Virus record (IMG/VR): IMGVR_UViG_3300045988_179151 | Direction: 5' to 3' (one strand) | Length of the DNA stretch: 64,000 nt | Origin: a virus | Part shown: piece by piece, positions 38,115 to 48,179 of the stretch | Layout: each line of letters begins with the position of its first letter | Numbering within the stretch: position 1 is the stretch's first letter | Position numbers and translations under genes: made by a program | Notes under the pieces: model-generated | Told to the model about the DNA's origin: nothing | What the model saw: the letters and a program-made list of their open reading frames with translations, nothing else | Databases searched by the model: none

Positions 38115-39050
38115 ATGTTTCTCGAAAAAAATACTATCCGAAAACCTGATTCACCAAGGTATCAAAGTACCAAACCTTGGTTATTCAACAACAGTCTTCG
38201 TAGTAAAAACCATTACGTTCCCGAATTCAAAACATTTAATAAAATTGACCATTTGTCATCACACGAAGATATCAAGCAGGGTTATATCTACGCATCCTAT
38301 GATAAATCCACAAAAACATTCACATTCGTGTTTAAACACGCTCCTGGTATTTATCGCGCATACGGTTTCCTAGAAGGGTCTGTTGATATTCCATTACCTG
38401 AACTCTATATTTACGGAAGCCTTAGCTTCGGTCAATCTGAAAACGGCACATTCTCAATTATTGGTGAAGAAATAGCCTTGGGTTCGCCTTGGCTCTCAGT
38501 TCTTCCGCTTAGCAATATTTATACGGATCGTGCAGAACCATGGCCACGCCCCACTACATCAAACGGTGAAACCATCTACTACGCTCCAATGTGTTCCGGT
38601 TCTATTTTATACAATCGAACACGAAACTCAACATCACCTCTTGAAATCATCAACAAATGTGCATCTTATTTCACGGCATTCTTATTGAATCATGGGAATA
38701 CGGACTTAAGCCTATATTCCTATGATACAGACAGTGAGTGTGACGAAGATGATGAAGAGTATCACCCTCGAACAATAACTGGCCGTGAAATCGGACGTAT
38801 TCTTGCAGATAGATCAACCGAAGACTTTACACGACAAGCTACAGCTGAAGCTTATCAAAATTATTGGCTGTTTCTCAATCAAATTAAAGATATGGATATG
38901 CCAAACAACATTTACGCTCGTATTCGAAAACATAATAACTTCGACGATGTCCTTGACGAATTTAATTTATCCATCATAGACGTTAGCGAATATTATGGCG
39001 ATTATCAATCATCAGAAACTCCGCTTATTATGCGACGTAATTACGACTAA
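38115..39050 (+). CDS. Family C protein (311 aa), paralog of 43434 and of the disrupted gene at 39065
   Basis: Shared N-terminus MF.E...PDSPR.QS..PW.FN..LR, plus IPLPELYI and LPLSNIY blocks. Confidence 0.5.
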   Translation: MFLEKNTIRKPDSPRYQSTKPWLFNNSLRSKNHYVPEFKTFNKIDHLSSHEDIKQGYIYASYDKSTKTFTFVFKHAPGIYRAYGFLEGSVDIPLPELYIYGSLSFGQSENGTFSIIGEEIALGSPWLSVLPLSNIYTDRAEPWPRPTTSNGETIYYAPMCSGSILYNRTRNSTSPLEIINKCASYFTAFLLNHGNTDLSLYSYDTDSECDEDDEEYHPRTITGREIGRILADRSTEDFTRQATAEAYQNYWLFLNQIKDMDMPNNIYARIRKHNNFDDVLDEFNLSIIDVSEYYGDYQSSETPLIMRRNYD

Positions 39051-39064
39051 AAGAAAGGAACAAT

Positions 39065-39642
39065 CATGTTCTTAGAAGAAAAAAACTATTAAACACGCAG
39101 ATTCACCTCGATTGATGAGTCTGCGTCCATGGTTGTTCTCAAAATCACTACGAACAACTAATAAATATACAAAAACTGTTAAAAAATCATATATCTACGT
39201 TGATGTTCGTTCTATTGAAGAATCAATAAGACACGGATACATTTATCTGAACCAAACCGGGGATCAATCATTTAATTTTGTTTTCAAAATTGGAAATGGA
39301 ATCTACCAACAATATGGATTTCACGATGGTTCTATCGCAATTCCACTCCCAGATATCTATATTGAAGGCGCTATTGATTTATATTACAGCGATGGCGCGT
39401 ACGAATGCAGACCAGACTTTATCACAATTGGCTCTCCGTTTCTACAACAAATCCCTCTTAGCAACATCTATTACGACTCAATTACTCCGTCATACGCGCC
39501 ACGAGAAAGCGACGGCTTCAAGATCAACTATTCAAACATCTGTTACGGTAATTCCTTCCGTAAGCTTGTTGGTCCGGTTCAAACACCACACGAAGCCATT
39601 AACAAAATTGCATCTATCATTGTTAACTGCTTCTATCAATAG
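39065..39642 (+). pseudogene. N-terminal portion of a family C gene, frameshifted in an A7 run (39080-39086) and truncated by the IS607-like insertion
   Basis: MFLEEKNY* as read. With A6 it reads MFLEEKTIKHADSPRLMSLRPWLF..., matching paralogs MFLEKNTIRKPDSPRYQSTKPWLF. The ORF stops at the IS boundary. Confidence 0.55.
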
Positions 39643-39728
39643 CCGTACATATTGAATTTTATCCATATTTATTGACATTCAATTCATCGTATGATATACT
39701 AAAATAACAAATAAAAAGGAGTACTGTT

Positions 39729-40346
39729 ATGCGAAAATATATGAAATTAAGTCAATATGCAAAAAATTTAGGAATTCACTATAAAACAGCGTGGCGACAC
39801 TGGCATGATAACAAGCTCAATGGATATCAAGATCCCGTAACAGGCACTATTTATGTGTTAGATCAAGATACGAATGTGCCAATAGGTTCTCAAATAAGAG
39901 CGATTTTATATGCACGTGTTTCAAGTACAACTAACAAAGCTTCTTTAGACGGTCAATTGGATAGAATGCGTCAATTTGCCGCTGCAAAAGGATACACTGT
40001 TGTCGATGAACGAAAAGAAATTGCATCTGGTTTAAATGAAAACAGAAAACAATTATTACCGCTTCTTTCTCGACAAGATTATGATGTTTTAATTGTAGAA
40101 CATAAAGACAGATTGAGTCGATTTGGTTCCACATATATTGAACAAGCTTTGATTAATAATGGTGTAAAATTAGAAATTATTAATAAAATTGAAAATAAAG
40201 ATAATGAACTTATTGACGATTTTATTTCTATTATTACAAGCTTTTGTGGTCGCATTTATGGACGCAATCGCAAGACTAAAACACAAGAAATCATAAACCA
40301 ACTAGAATTGACACCTGAAAGGACAAAAGATGAAACTAGCGTATAA
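39729..40346 (+). CDS. tnpA: IS607-family TnpA: MerR-like HTH plus serine recombinase/resolvase catalytic domain
   Basis: MKLSQYAKNLGIHYKTAWRHW is the HTH. AILYARVSSTTNKASLDGQLDRMRQFA is the Ser-recombinase active-site region. Confidence 0.7.
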   Translation: MRKYMKLSQYAKNLGIHYKTAWRHWHDNKLNGYQDPVTGTIYVLDQDTNVPIGSQIRAILYARVSSTTNKASLDGQLDRMRQFAAAKGYTVVDERKEIASGLNENRKQLLPLLSRQDYDVLIVEHKDRLSRFGSTYIEQALINNGVKLEIINKIENKDNELIDDFISIITSFCGRIYGRNRKTKTQEIINQLELTPERTKDETSV

Positions 40347-41931
40347 AATCGCATTTCCTGATGAGTTAATAGACACATATGATTTCTTACAAAAAGAATT
40401 CAATCGCGTCTTATCTGATGAATATATGCGTGAATCTATTTTATCAATTGACAATGAGCTTCATCCTGGCAAATATTGGCCACTATTGCGTGATCTCATA
40501 GGTCAAGATACTCAATATAAATGGAAAACAGATAAACGCTTTCCGTCACCATCTTGGTATTTTTGTGCGTTTGCTGAACAAATTCGTCAAATTCACAAAT
40601 CTCAAAAAGAACAACTAGCTCTTTATGACGCCTTACAACGCTTTGATAATAACGATAACGTCGAATTTTATCAATATTGTATGAATAATAGTATTCCATT
40701 TAATAAAGCAAAAGTTAAAAATCTAAAGCGGTGCGATGAACGCCCAGAATTACCGTATTCAGCTACCTTTGTCCTTGATTTTGCCTTTATCAACAGTCAA
40801 GCCGCTAAAATGGTAGATAATACATTCCACTATGCGATTTTCAACGAAAACAATAAACTCATATGGAATCAGTTACCAATTATCTTTCATCAATCAAGTA
40901 AATATCAACCAGGAATGCGTGTAAGTAAACCTAGATTTTCAAAAGATGAAGACGGTAATTATTACGGAGTAGTCTCTTTTGATTTTGAAGAAAGTGTCAC
41001 ATTTGGTGAAAATATTGCTGCTATTGATTTAGGTAAAATTAATTTATATACATTCGCATACATTCGTCCAGATGGTACTTATAGTGACAATTATTTCATT
41101 CATTCAAAAATGATTGAACGGTTAAAACAAAAACTTGAAACATTATATAATGAAAAAGCAATTTTAATCGAAAAAAATAAGCATGTTGACGAACTTTTCA
41201 AGTATTCTGACTATATTCCTGATGCAAGCCTTAAAAAATGGATACTGCGTCAAGGCAAAATAGAACGTTTATCAACAAAAATAACAGCAATTAAAGATGC
41301 TATCAGTGCTGAAATGAGTGCCGAAATAGTTGAATTGTGTCAAAAACACAATTGTTCTACTCTTTTTATGGAAAATCTTAGTTGGTTAGAATCCGTAGGA
41401 GGTAAGTGGAATCATAGTGTTCAACAAGATACCATTGCCTTAAAATGTGCACAAAACGGTATTGCTGTATATAAAGTAAACGCAAAAAATACCAGCAAAG
41501 CACATCCTATTACAGGCGAATTAGGCAAAGAATTAGGCCGAAATATCATTTGGTCAAATGGCGACATACTTGATAGAGATTTTGTTTCTTGTTTAAACCA
41601 AATTCAACGAAAAGGAAAACGTCGTACATCTCATCGACGAATTGAGACAAAACAAGGAATTCAATTAAAATCTCTCCGAGATAAACATCAGCCAACACCA
41701 AAACGCACTAAGCGACAAACTAGTCGACGTTATGAAAATCTAAAAAAACTAGAAAACTTAAAAAATAAAAACACTTCAAGAACTACACAAATGGTGGTAG
41801 TTCTTCCACGAATTAGCAACGATTATCCAGCAACGTGGTCTTGTGTTGATAAAAAGTCAATACAAGAGGGTAACAATTGCATGAGACGTACAGATGTCTA
41901 TAAAAAGTCATACATGTACATCTGCAATTGA
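40330..41931 (+). CDS. tnpB: IS607-family TnpB-like RuvC nuclease (533 aa), no zinc finger
   Basis: IAAIDLGKINLYTF is RuvC-I; TLFMENLSW is RuvC-II; GDILDRDFVSCLNQIQRKG is RuvC-III-like. Its 3' end is homologous to the noncoding region at 255-345. Confidence 0.6.
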   Translation: MKLAYKIAFPDELIDTYDFLQKEFNRVLSDEYMRESILSIDNELHPGKYWPLLRDLIGQDTQYKWKTDKRFPSPSWYFCAFAEQIRQIHKSQKEQLALYDALQRFDNNDNVEFYQYCMNNSIPFNKAKVKNLKRCDERPELPYSATFVLDFAFINSQAAKMVDNTFHYAIFNENNKLIWNQLPIIFHQSSKYQPGMRVSKPRFSKDEDGNYYGVVSFDFEESVTFGENIAAIDLGKINLYTFAYIRPDGTYSDNYFIHSKMIERLKQKLETLYNEKAILIEKNKHVDELFKYSDYIPDASLKKWILRQGKIERLSTKITAIKDAISAEMSAEIVELCQKHNCSTLFMENLSWLESVGGKWNHSVQQDTIALKCAQNGIAVYKVNAKNTSKAHPITGELGKELGRNIIWSNGDILDRDFVSCLNQIQRKGKRRTSHRRIETKQGIQLKSLRDKHQPTPKRTKRQTSRRYENLKKLENLKNKNTSRTTQMVVVLPRISNDYPATWSCVDKKSIQEGNNCMRRTDVYKKSYMYICN

Positions 41932-42222
41932 ACCATTCAACATTTAGATGTAAACGCTAATGTCTATAAAGAAGCATATGCTCAATATTGGTCACTATTG
42001 AATCTACTATCTCGAAATTATGCACCAAACGAATTGTACCAACAACTCGCCAATTGCAATGAACAACAAATACTCAGAAATCTTCTCAGTGATAACAATA
42101 TTACTCTAGAAGATATCACACAAAACTCAAAATGCATCAATAATAATTACGTATGGAAACCTGGTGATGATGATGACGATGAAGACGATTACGACGACGA
42201 AGATTATGATGATGAATGGTAA
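41932..42222 (+). pseudogene. C-terminal remnant of the IS-disrupted family C gene, ending in a poly-acidic tail
   Basis: In frame immediately after the tnpB stop: ...VYKEAYAQYWSLLNLL... aligns with paralogs (AYQNYWLFLNQI / HYTRYWILLNYL). Ends GDDDDDEDDYDDEDYDDEW. Confidence 0.5.
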
Positions 42223-42264
42223 CCAAAACAAATGGCACCACACTCAAAACCAAACCTAGAAAGG

Positions 42265-42921
42265 AACTACCTAATGACTGAAAAAGAACTCTTATATCAA
42301 ATCACCTCAACCACTATCGATCAGCTAATCGAATTAGAAACACCAACATGCACCTCAATTGTAGAAGCTACAGAGAACCAAAAAAGTCTTTATAATAAAA
42401 TCATTCCATTTCTAATTGAAAACAGCCATCTTGATGAAGTATTTGCGACAATCGTAGAAGGATCCACTGAAAAATTCATCTTGCCACATAATCTCAACGA
42501 TTTCATTAAGTTGTATGATGATACCTATCTACATCCAATCACCATCAACGGCGAAACCATTCTACCGCAAACGGCTCGAATGCTTAATAACAACCAAATT
42601 ATGGACGTTCGTGCCTACGAAGAAGAACGACTCGAACAACTTCTCCCACAAATGCTCGAAGCTTACCCATTGTTCATCATCAAATTATTGAACGACAAAC
42701 CAGACTTCGATCAACCCCAAATCAAAGAAGCAATTGATGCATATATTCAAAAATACTACATTAAACCGCTTCTCGACGTGATTCCTGATGCAATCGTCAC
42801 CTACGAAATCAACGACCTCGTTCATTTCACCGTCGATTTGTCAAAAGTAGAAAACCCAGAAATCGCTGCATTGTCTATTCCTAAAGGGAATTTCCACACA
42901 TATACTATTACAATTATTTGA
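42265..42921 (+). CDS. Hypothetical protein (about 218 aa)
   Basis: Start MTEKELLYQ after RBS ctagaaaggaacta. Confidence 0.4.
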   Translation, partial: NYLMTEKELLYQITSTTIDQLIELETPTCTSIVEATENQKSLYNKIIPFLIENSHLDEVFATIVEGSTEKFILPHNLNDFIKLYDDTYLHPITINGETILPQTARMLNNNQIMDVRAYEEERLEQLLPQMLEAYPLFIIKLLNDKPDFDQPQIKEAIDAYIQKYYIKPLLDVIPDAIVTYEINDLVHFTVDLSKVENPEIAALSIPKGNFHTYTITII

Positions 42922-42929
42922 GGTATTCC

Positions 42930-43397
42930 ATGTTAGATCAACTTAAAAATTTTAATCAAGCAACACGAAAACCAGGTGTCACTCATATATCACAAGAAAT
43001 CATGATTAGTGACCTTCCAACCATTTTCTCACAAAAACTCATCCTCTTGCCACTATCAGAGACATCGCTACTTTACTCCGCTGAAGATTTTCCAGAACAA
43101 TACGAGCCTGTCCACTATAATGAGACAAATAATGTTGTTACGCATTACATCCTTAAATCGGGTGATGAAGGTGACTCAACATCAATCACGTCATACCTTA
43201 TTGAATTCCTCGAAACTGGAAAAGTAACCCCTCGAAAATCAAACGGTTCAACGAACATTCACAACATTCCACTTCCAGCCTATCCAATTGAAGAATACAA
43301 TGGTGAATATGTTCCATGTGTTCTATTGAAAAACAATAAACGTGCGATTATCGAGCCAAACGGCAACATTATCGAAGGTGTAGAGTTCGCCCAATAG
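42930..43397 (+). CDS. Hypothetical protein (about 155 aa)
   Basis: Start MLDQLKNF after RBS tgaggtattcc. Confidence 0.4.
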   Translation: MLDQLKNFNQATRKPGVTHISQEIMISDLPTIFSQKLILLPLSETSLLYSAEDFPEQYEPVHYNETNNVVTHYILKSGDEGDSTSITSYLIEFLETGKVTPRKSNGSTNIHNIPLPAYPIEEYNGEYVPCVLLKNNKRAIIEPNGNIIEGVEFAQ

Positions 43398-43433
43398 GCG
43401 ACTCTCACCACTTTATATAGAAAGGATTCATTC

Positions 43434-44294
43434 ATGTTTTACGAACAACAATTTGTCCATAACCCAGACTCTCCTCGAAAACAATCACCAATCCCATGGG
43501 CTTTTAACAAAACACTGCGCACCGGTCACAAACATATCAACACACTTAAAAGCCAAATTCATATCGATCATCGAGATATTGAAGAAGAGATCGCGCAAGG
43601 ATTTGTTTATCTTCAAACGTCAGACAATAAATACATTGACTTCCTCTACAAAATTCCAGCGGGAACCTACACGATTTACGGATTTCGTCGAGGTTCTATT
43701 GACGTTCCACTACCTGAATTATACGTTGCAGGACGTTTGAAATTTAACAACAATTCCCTTGTATACCATAACATTCGTCTAGGCTCACAATATCTACCAC
43801 TACTACCTCTTTCAAATATTTATAACTACGATGATTCTGAATCTTTTGAAATTGATACCTCAAATGGTCAGCCAATCTATTATATGAAAATGTGTACAGG
43901 ATCTGCACTTCGAGATCTTATCGGCGAAGTCAACAATCTTATGGAAGCTGCTAACAAACTTCAAACTATCCTTATTCCGTTCTTCCTTCGATATGGAAAC
44001 AACGATTTACGATTATGTCCTTTAGAAGCAGACTCTTTAAATTCAATCACTGCTCGATCCATTTCATATTTCCTTCAAGACAAACTCACTATTGCATCCG
44101 ATCATTATACACGCTATTGGATTCTACTAAATTATCTACATCAAAAATATGACGCCAATACTATCTACCGAAAACTTGGCTCTATGAATCAGCGACATGA
44201 GGTTTTTGACGAATTTGGTATTACAGCATCTGAATTACAAGAACGTTATCGAGAATATCAATCATCTGCAAATAAAAATCGAATTATTAATTAG
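43434..44294 (+). CDS. Family C protein (286 aa)
   Basis: MFYEQQFVHNPDSPRKQSPIPWAFNKTLR... paralog of 38115. RBS agaaaggattcattc. Confidence 0.5.
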   Translation: MFYEQQFVHNPDSPRKQSPIPWAFNKTLRTGHKHINTLKSQIHIDHRDIEEEIAQGFVYLQTSDNKYIDFLYKIPAGTYTIYGFRRGSIDVPLPELYVAGRLKFNNNSLVYHNIRLGSQYLPLLPLSNIYNYDDSESFEIDTSNGQPIYYMKMCTGSALRDLIGEVNNLMEAANKLQTILIPFFLRYGNNDLRLCPLEADSLNSITARSISYFLQDKLTIASDHYTRYWILLNYLHQKYDANTIYRKLGSMNQRHEVFDEFGITASELQERYREYQSSANKNRIIN

Positions 44295-44422
44295 AAGCAC
44301 TGGATATTTATCTAGTGCTTTTTTACAAGTAACAGGCAAACGCAGTTATAAAGTAACGCGACGAAGTCTTCTTGCCTATTTATTTTCAAATATAGTAAAT
44401 TTCGGATAATATTTATGTTTTC

Positions 44423-44925
44423 TGACACCACTTTCAGAAAAACGGTGTCAAAAGTGGTGTCAGAGAAAAAGCTTTTAAATCAACGTTTTCGGCACATTCT
44501 TTATTTCTTGACACCACTTTTTTTAAAAGTGGTGTCAGGTATAAATGTAATAATATCAATAGTTTAGACGATTCTGACACCACTTTTTCAATATTTTGTA
44601 AAAAACTTTTTATTTTAAAATGCGAAAAAAAAATATAACTTGTGTTATAAAAAAATATAGCGTTTATATTTTGAACTGAAATCGCAAAAAATGCCAAAAA
44701 GTGGTGTCAGAAACCCCTTTTTCGAGCGCAAACCCGCATCGTTGAGCGATTTTCTCTGACACCACTTTTGACACCACTTTTTTTTCGACAGACACCAAAA
44801 ACGGTGTCGACCTAGTCCGAAACACAAGTAAACGCTTAGAGCCTCAACGCGTTTCACGATTTTCACGCGCATTTTTCTCTGACACCACTTTTGTCATTTC
44901 TGACACCACTTTTTTTCAGACTCAA
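44423..44925. repeat. Iteron cluster: about 12 copies of TGACACCACTTT(T) in both orientations, several as closely spaced inverted pairs
   Basis: Seen at 44423, 44449(rc), 44506, 44529(rc), 44574, 44699(rc), 44757, 44770, 44800(variant acggtgtc), 44880, 44903 and others. Confidence 0.8.
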
Positions 44926-44929
44926 AATT

Positions 44930-45160
44930 TGCACTTTTTCGCCCTTTTCATCGAAAACCCAAGAACTACAATCGATTGCGATAATTTTTTTTGACTTTAG
45001 CTTGAAATTATTATATAATAATTATATAAGATTTAGAAGAAAATCTCCAAAAATAGCCCTATATAAATGTGGTTTTTCATCTAATATTTATGCTTTTTAT
45101 ATAACGCGCATAAATAAATTTATACTATATTTAAAAATGTACAAAAAAAAAGAAAGAAGG
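44930..45160. promoter_or_regulatory. AT-rich region with AT palindrome (aattattatataataatt); putative DNA-unwinding element and promoter next to the iterons
   Basis: Very AT-rich. Lies between the iteron cluster and the RHH/primase genes. Confidence 0.4.
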
Positions 45161-45165
45161 ACTCT

Positions 45166-45345
45166 ATGCCACATCCATTACGAAATATCCACGGTGAACA
45201 CACATTCACACGTCTTCGCTTAGAAACCGCTATGAAGCGTGAACTAGACTCATTGGCGAAACAAGATAATCGTTCGACAACGTACATCATCAACGAAGCC
45301 ATTGCAGAATATTTAGAACGTCATTCTAATTATCAACGTAAATAA
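45166..45345 (+). CDS. Ribbon-helix-helix (CopG/Arc/MetJ-like) DNA-binding protein (59 aa)
   Basis: MPHPLRNIHGEHTFTRLRLETAMKRELDSLAKQDNRSTTYIINEAIAEYLERHSNYQRK has a beta-strand followed by two helices, typical of RHH. RBS agaaagaagg. Not in the ORF track because it is under 60 aa. Confidence 0.55.
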   Translation: MPHPLRNIHGEHTFTRLRLETAMKRELDSLAKQDNRSTTYIINEAIAEYLERHSNYQRK

Positions 45346-45356
45346 GGCGGTATCTC

Positions 45357-47066
45357 ATGGTAACAATTAAACCAAATAAAGCTTTTTTAGAGCGCATGGC
45401 GAGATTGTACGATCGTGAACTCGACCCGACTATTTTTGACTTTTTCGATTATATGCTCAACAACGAGATGAACTCTATCGACATCAATACACAAGAAGCC
45501 TTTCTCGAACATATCGTCGCACTTAAAAGTAATCTCACACGAATTCATATCACGAATGCCAACGTGCGAGCCGGGCGTATGACGACAACTTTAGACGCAT
45601 CTAAATTCAAAATGCAACAAAACGAGATCGCACTCATCGTACATACCTACCTGCCAATTGTTCGCTTAAAACTAACCAATGACGCAAAAACGAGTGATCT
45701 AGCCGTGTTCAACTATTTCGGCAATAACGCCGGTACTTATCAACTTGATACATCCCTTATCGATGACTTGATCTACATTTTGCAACCAAACGTGTCCGTC
45801 TCGGCACTGAAATCCTATCGCAACGCCATCGCGTCACTTGCCAAACACAAGACCGAAGACAAAAACAAAAACTTGATCGTCGTCGGAAACGGCATCTACA
45901 ACAAACTCACCCGCGAGCTCGTGCCCTTTGATCCGTCGTATATCACAACTACAAAAATTGCCACGAACTACAACCCCGACGCTCAACTGGTGACGATTCA
46001 TAATGACGATGACAACACCGATTGGGACGTTGAGTCCTGGTTAAAAGACTTGGCAGGAGCACTTAGTAATAATTTCGACAATGACACATATCAATTGTTC
46101 TGGCAAATCATCGCGGGCGTAACTAATCCGGATCAGGTCAACGCTAAAGCCGTGTTCTTTTACTCATCTGTTGGGAATAACGGTAAGGGAACCTATGGCC
46201 AACTTCTTAAAAATCTGGTCGGTCAAGATAATTACTCATCGCTACCCATACCCGCCTTTAAACATGAATACTTAAAAGAAAAACTGCTAGGAAAAACGTT
46301 AAATATTGCTGATGAGAATCCTGTCGATGTCTATGTCGATGACGTGCAAGATTTCAAGGCAATGATTACGGGCGATGATATTATGATTAACCGTAAACAT
46401 GAAAAACCAATCGTTGCTCGTATTAAAGCCATCAACATTCAAATGTTAAATGGACTACCTAAGACTCGTGACAAGTCTGATTCGTTTTATCGTCGATTAA
46501 TTATCGTTCCTTTTCTTTATTCTTTCACGAATAACGGAGAAAGACCCTATATCAAGCATGACTATATGTATCGTCCTGAAGTTCTTGAATATGTCTTGAA
46601 AAAAGCGTTAGAAATGCCGTCTTTCTCAGAATTTGTTACGCCTGCGCGTTCCGCACAAGCTTTACTGCAATATAAAGAAGATAACAATACGGCACTTGAA
46701 TTCTGGAACGAGTTTGAATGGCAATTCCAGTGGGACTTTATCCCACCCGCGTTCTTATACGACTTATATGTAGCATGGTTTCAAGAAGAACACGGTGGTG
46801 AACACGGTTCTTGTTTCTCTAAGAAGACATTTTTAGCGCACATTCAAAATCATCTACAAAATGACCCTATTTGGGAATTTAAAGCCACCCGAGCCACTTG
46901 CCCGAACCCCTTGCAAGTTTCCGGACGAATGGATGCGGACGAGCCACTCATCACGCAATACAATTTGACGCGCTTTATGGATAGCTCTTATAAAGGCTCA
47001 AACCCGTTACTGACGCGAGCATTCACCCGTATGGACAGAGGTCGTGGCATTATACGAAAAGCATAA
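45357..47066 (+). CDS. Phage/plasmid primase-helicase, D5/P4-type C-terminal NTPase domain (569 aa)
   Basis: VFFYSSVGNNGKGTYGQLL is Walker A; LNIADENP is Walker B-like. The architecture matches P4-alpha/D5-type replicative primase-helicases. Confidence 0.55.
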   Translation: MVTIKPNKAFLERMARLYDRELDPTIFDFFDYMLNNEMNSIDINTQEAFLEHIVALKSNLTRIHITNANVRAGRMTTTLDASKFKMQQNEIALIVHTYLPIVRLKLTNDAKTSDLAVFNYFGNNAGTYQLDTSLIDDLIYILQPNVSVSALKSYRNAIASLAKHKTEDKNKNLIVVGNGIYNKLTRELVPFDPSYITTTKIATNYNPDAQLVTIHNDDDNTDWDVESWLKDLAGALSNNFDNDTYQLFWQIIAGVTNPDQVNAKAVFFYSSVGNNGKGTYGQLLKNLVGQDNYSSLPIPAFKHEYLKEKLLGKTLNIADENPVDVYVDDVQDFKAMITGDDIMINRKHEKPIVARIKAINIQMLNGLPKTRDKSDSFYRRLIIVPFLYSFTNNGERPYIKHDYMYRPEVLEYVLKKALEMPSFSEFVTPARSAQALLQYKEDNNTALEFWNEFEWQFQWDFIPPAFLYDLYVAWFQEEHGGEHGSCFSKKTFLAHIQNHLQNDPIWEFKATRATCPNPLQVSGRMDADEPLITQYNLTRFMDSSYKGSNPLLTRAFTRMDRGRGIIRKA

Positions 47067-47067
47067 A

Positions 47068-47092
47068 AGGCACGAAATCGTGCCGTTTTTCT
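47068..47092 (+). terminator. Rho-independent terminator
   Basis: ggcacga-aat-cgtgcc followed by ttttt. Confidence 0.65.
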
Positions 47093-47153
47093 ATGCTCTT
47101 AAACTGTTCTCTTGAAGAGAACTCGTGAACGATAACTCTAGAAAGGACATCAA

Positions 47154-47570
47154 ATGGAAAACAACTTCGAAGATTTTATAAAATATCGCGCAGAATTGCG
47201 TTATAAACACTTCAACAACAATAAATATAAATCTTTAACTGAATTTTGTAACGAGACAGTGACTTGGAATCTATGGGACACTAATTTCTTTAGACTTCTT
47301 TTCAAAATACCCTGCACCACTCCCGATATGCAATCATCAAAATTTGAAGCATTTCTAGAAAATGAACTCGCCCACCCAACTGTTGATTGGATTAACATAT
47401 TCGATTACATCGCCGCCCTTGAAAAACATCCATATTTTAACGAATATCTTGATTCATACATAAACGATTCCGGCTCATTTATACGAGACCCACTTTTCTG
47501 GTCGATTTTGAATAAATATAAAGATGCACTGATCGGACAAATCTCAAATAATCAACAACTGTGGTTCTAG
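47154..47570 (+). CDS. Small protein, family B (138 aa, C-terminal ...NNQQLWF)
   Basis: RBS agaaaggacatcaa. Shares the EL RYK(H/Y)F...DWI..(Y/F)DY... blocks with 47586, 48683, 49491 and 49920. Confidence 0.5.
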   Translation: MENNFEDFIKYRAELRYKHFNNNKYKSLTEFCNETVTWNLWDTNFFRLLFKIPCTTPDMQSSKFEAFLENELAHPTVDWINIFDYIAALEKHPYFNEYLDSYINDSGSFIRDPLFWSILNKYKDALIGQISNNQQLWF

Positions 47571-47585
47571 AAAGGGCTTTATATA

Positions 47586-48035
47586 ATGACAACATTATCT
47601 TCTACGGACTATTTCGCTATTCGAAAAGAACTTCGTGAAAAATATTTCATGAACAACGACTTCACACAATTAACCGACATCCCCACATTTCAACGATGTC
47701 TAACGGCCCATGCCGATGCACATATAGGCGAACTGTCAGAACCTTATTTTATTATCAACTATATAGTTACGCCTGAACAAAAAGAAGCGCTAGATGTAAA
47801 AATACCATATACTAATCTCAAAAAACTAAGATTAATATTATCAAACCCAAATCAATACTTGAACCCAAAAATCAATATTCAAACCGTGTACGATTATCTT
47901 CAAGAATTAAATCAATATGATACCATCGATTGGCTTAGCAATCGAGCCGTCAATATTCTGACAGTATTTGATGAACATGGACGTGATTTATCAATATCAA
48001 CCAAACCTAACAACAATCAACTACTATGGCTCTAG
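47586..48035 (+). CDS. Small protein, family B (149 aa, C-terminal ...NNNQLLWL)
   Basis: Paralog. The stop TAG is followed directly by AAAGGA, the RBS of the next gene. Confidence 0.5.
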   Translation: MTTLSSTDYFAIRKELREKYFMNNDFTQLTDIPTFQRCLTAHADAHIGELSEPYFIINYIVTPEQKEALDVKIPYTNLKKLRLILSNPNQYLNPKINIQTVYDYLQELNQYDTIDWLSNRAVNILTVFDEHGRDLSISTKPNNNQLLWL

Positions 48036-48179
48036 AAAGGATATTATATGCCTAATAAAAAAATTATCAAATCAAACAAAGCCATTGTCGCATCCTATCG
48101 CGATGCATTCATATCTAAACAATGCACACGGTCACAAAACAATGATACTTAATCATGACATAAAAAGGAACCTGGAACT

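Larger units (their letters stand above)
39643..41945 (+). mobile_element. IS607-like insertion sequence (serine-recombinase TnpA plus TnpB) inserted into a family C gene
   Basis: tnpA and tnpB overlap by 17 nt. The host gene is split into 39065-39642 and 41932-42222. Boundaries are approximate. Confidence 0.6.

Noticed and set aside
39729-40346. Phage serine integrase
   Set aside because: At 205 aa with an N-terminal MerR-type HTH, overlapped by a tnpB gene, it fits IS607 TnpA rather than a large serine integrase.
44423-44925. Possible CRISPR array (short repeated motif tgacaccacttt)
   Set aside because: The repeats are only 12-13 nt and occur in both orientations, with irregular spacing of 1 to about 110 nt. 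There is no constant repeat-spacer architecture and no cas genes. It fits iterons better.
44434-45302. Short ORFs across the iteron and AT-rich region (44434-44697, 44645-44872, 44891-45223, 45120-45302)
   Set aside because: They run through repeated motifs and extreme AT sequence, and overlap each other and the RHH gene on the opposite strand. They are treated as noncoding origin-like DNA.
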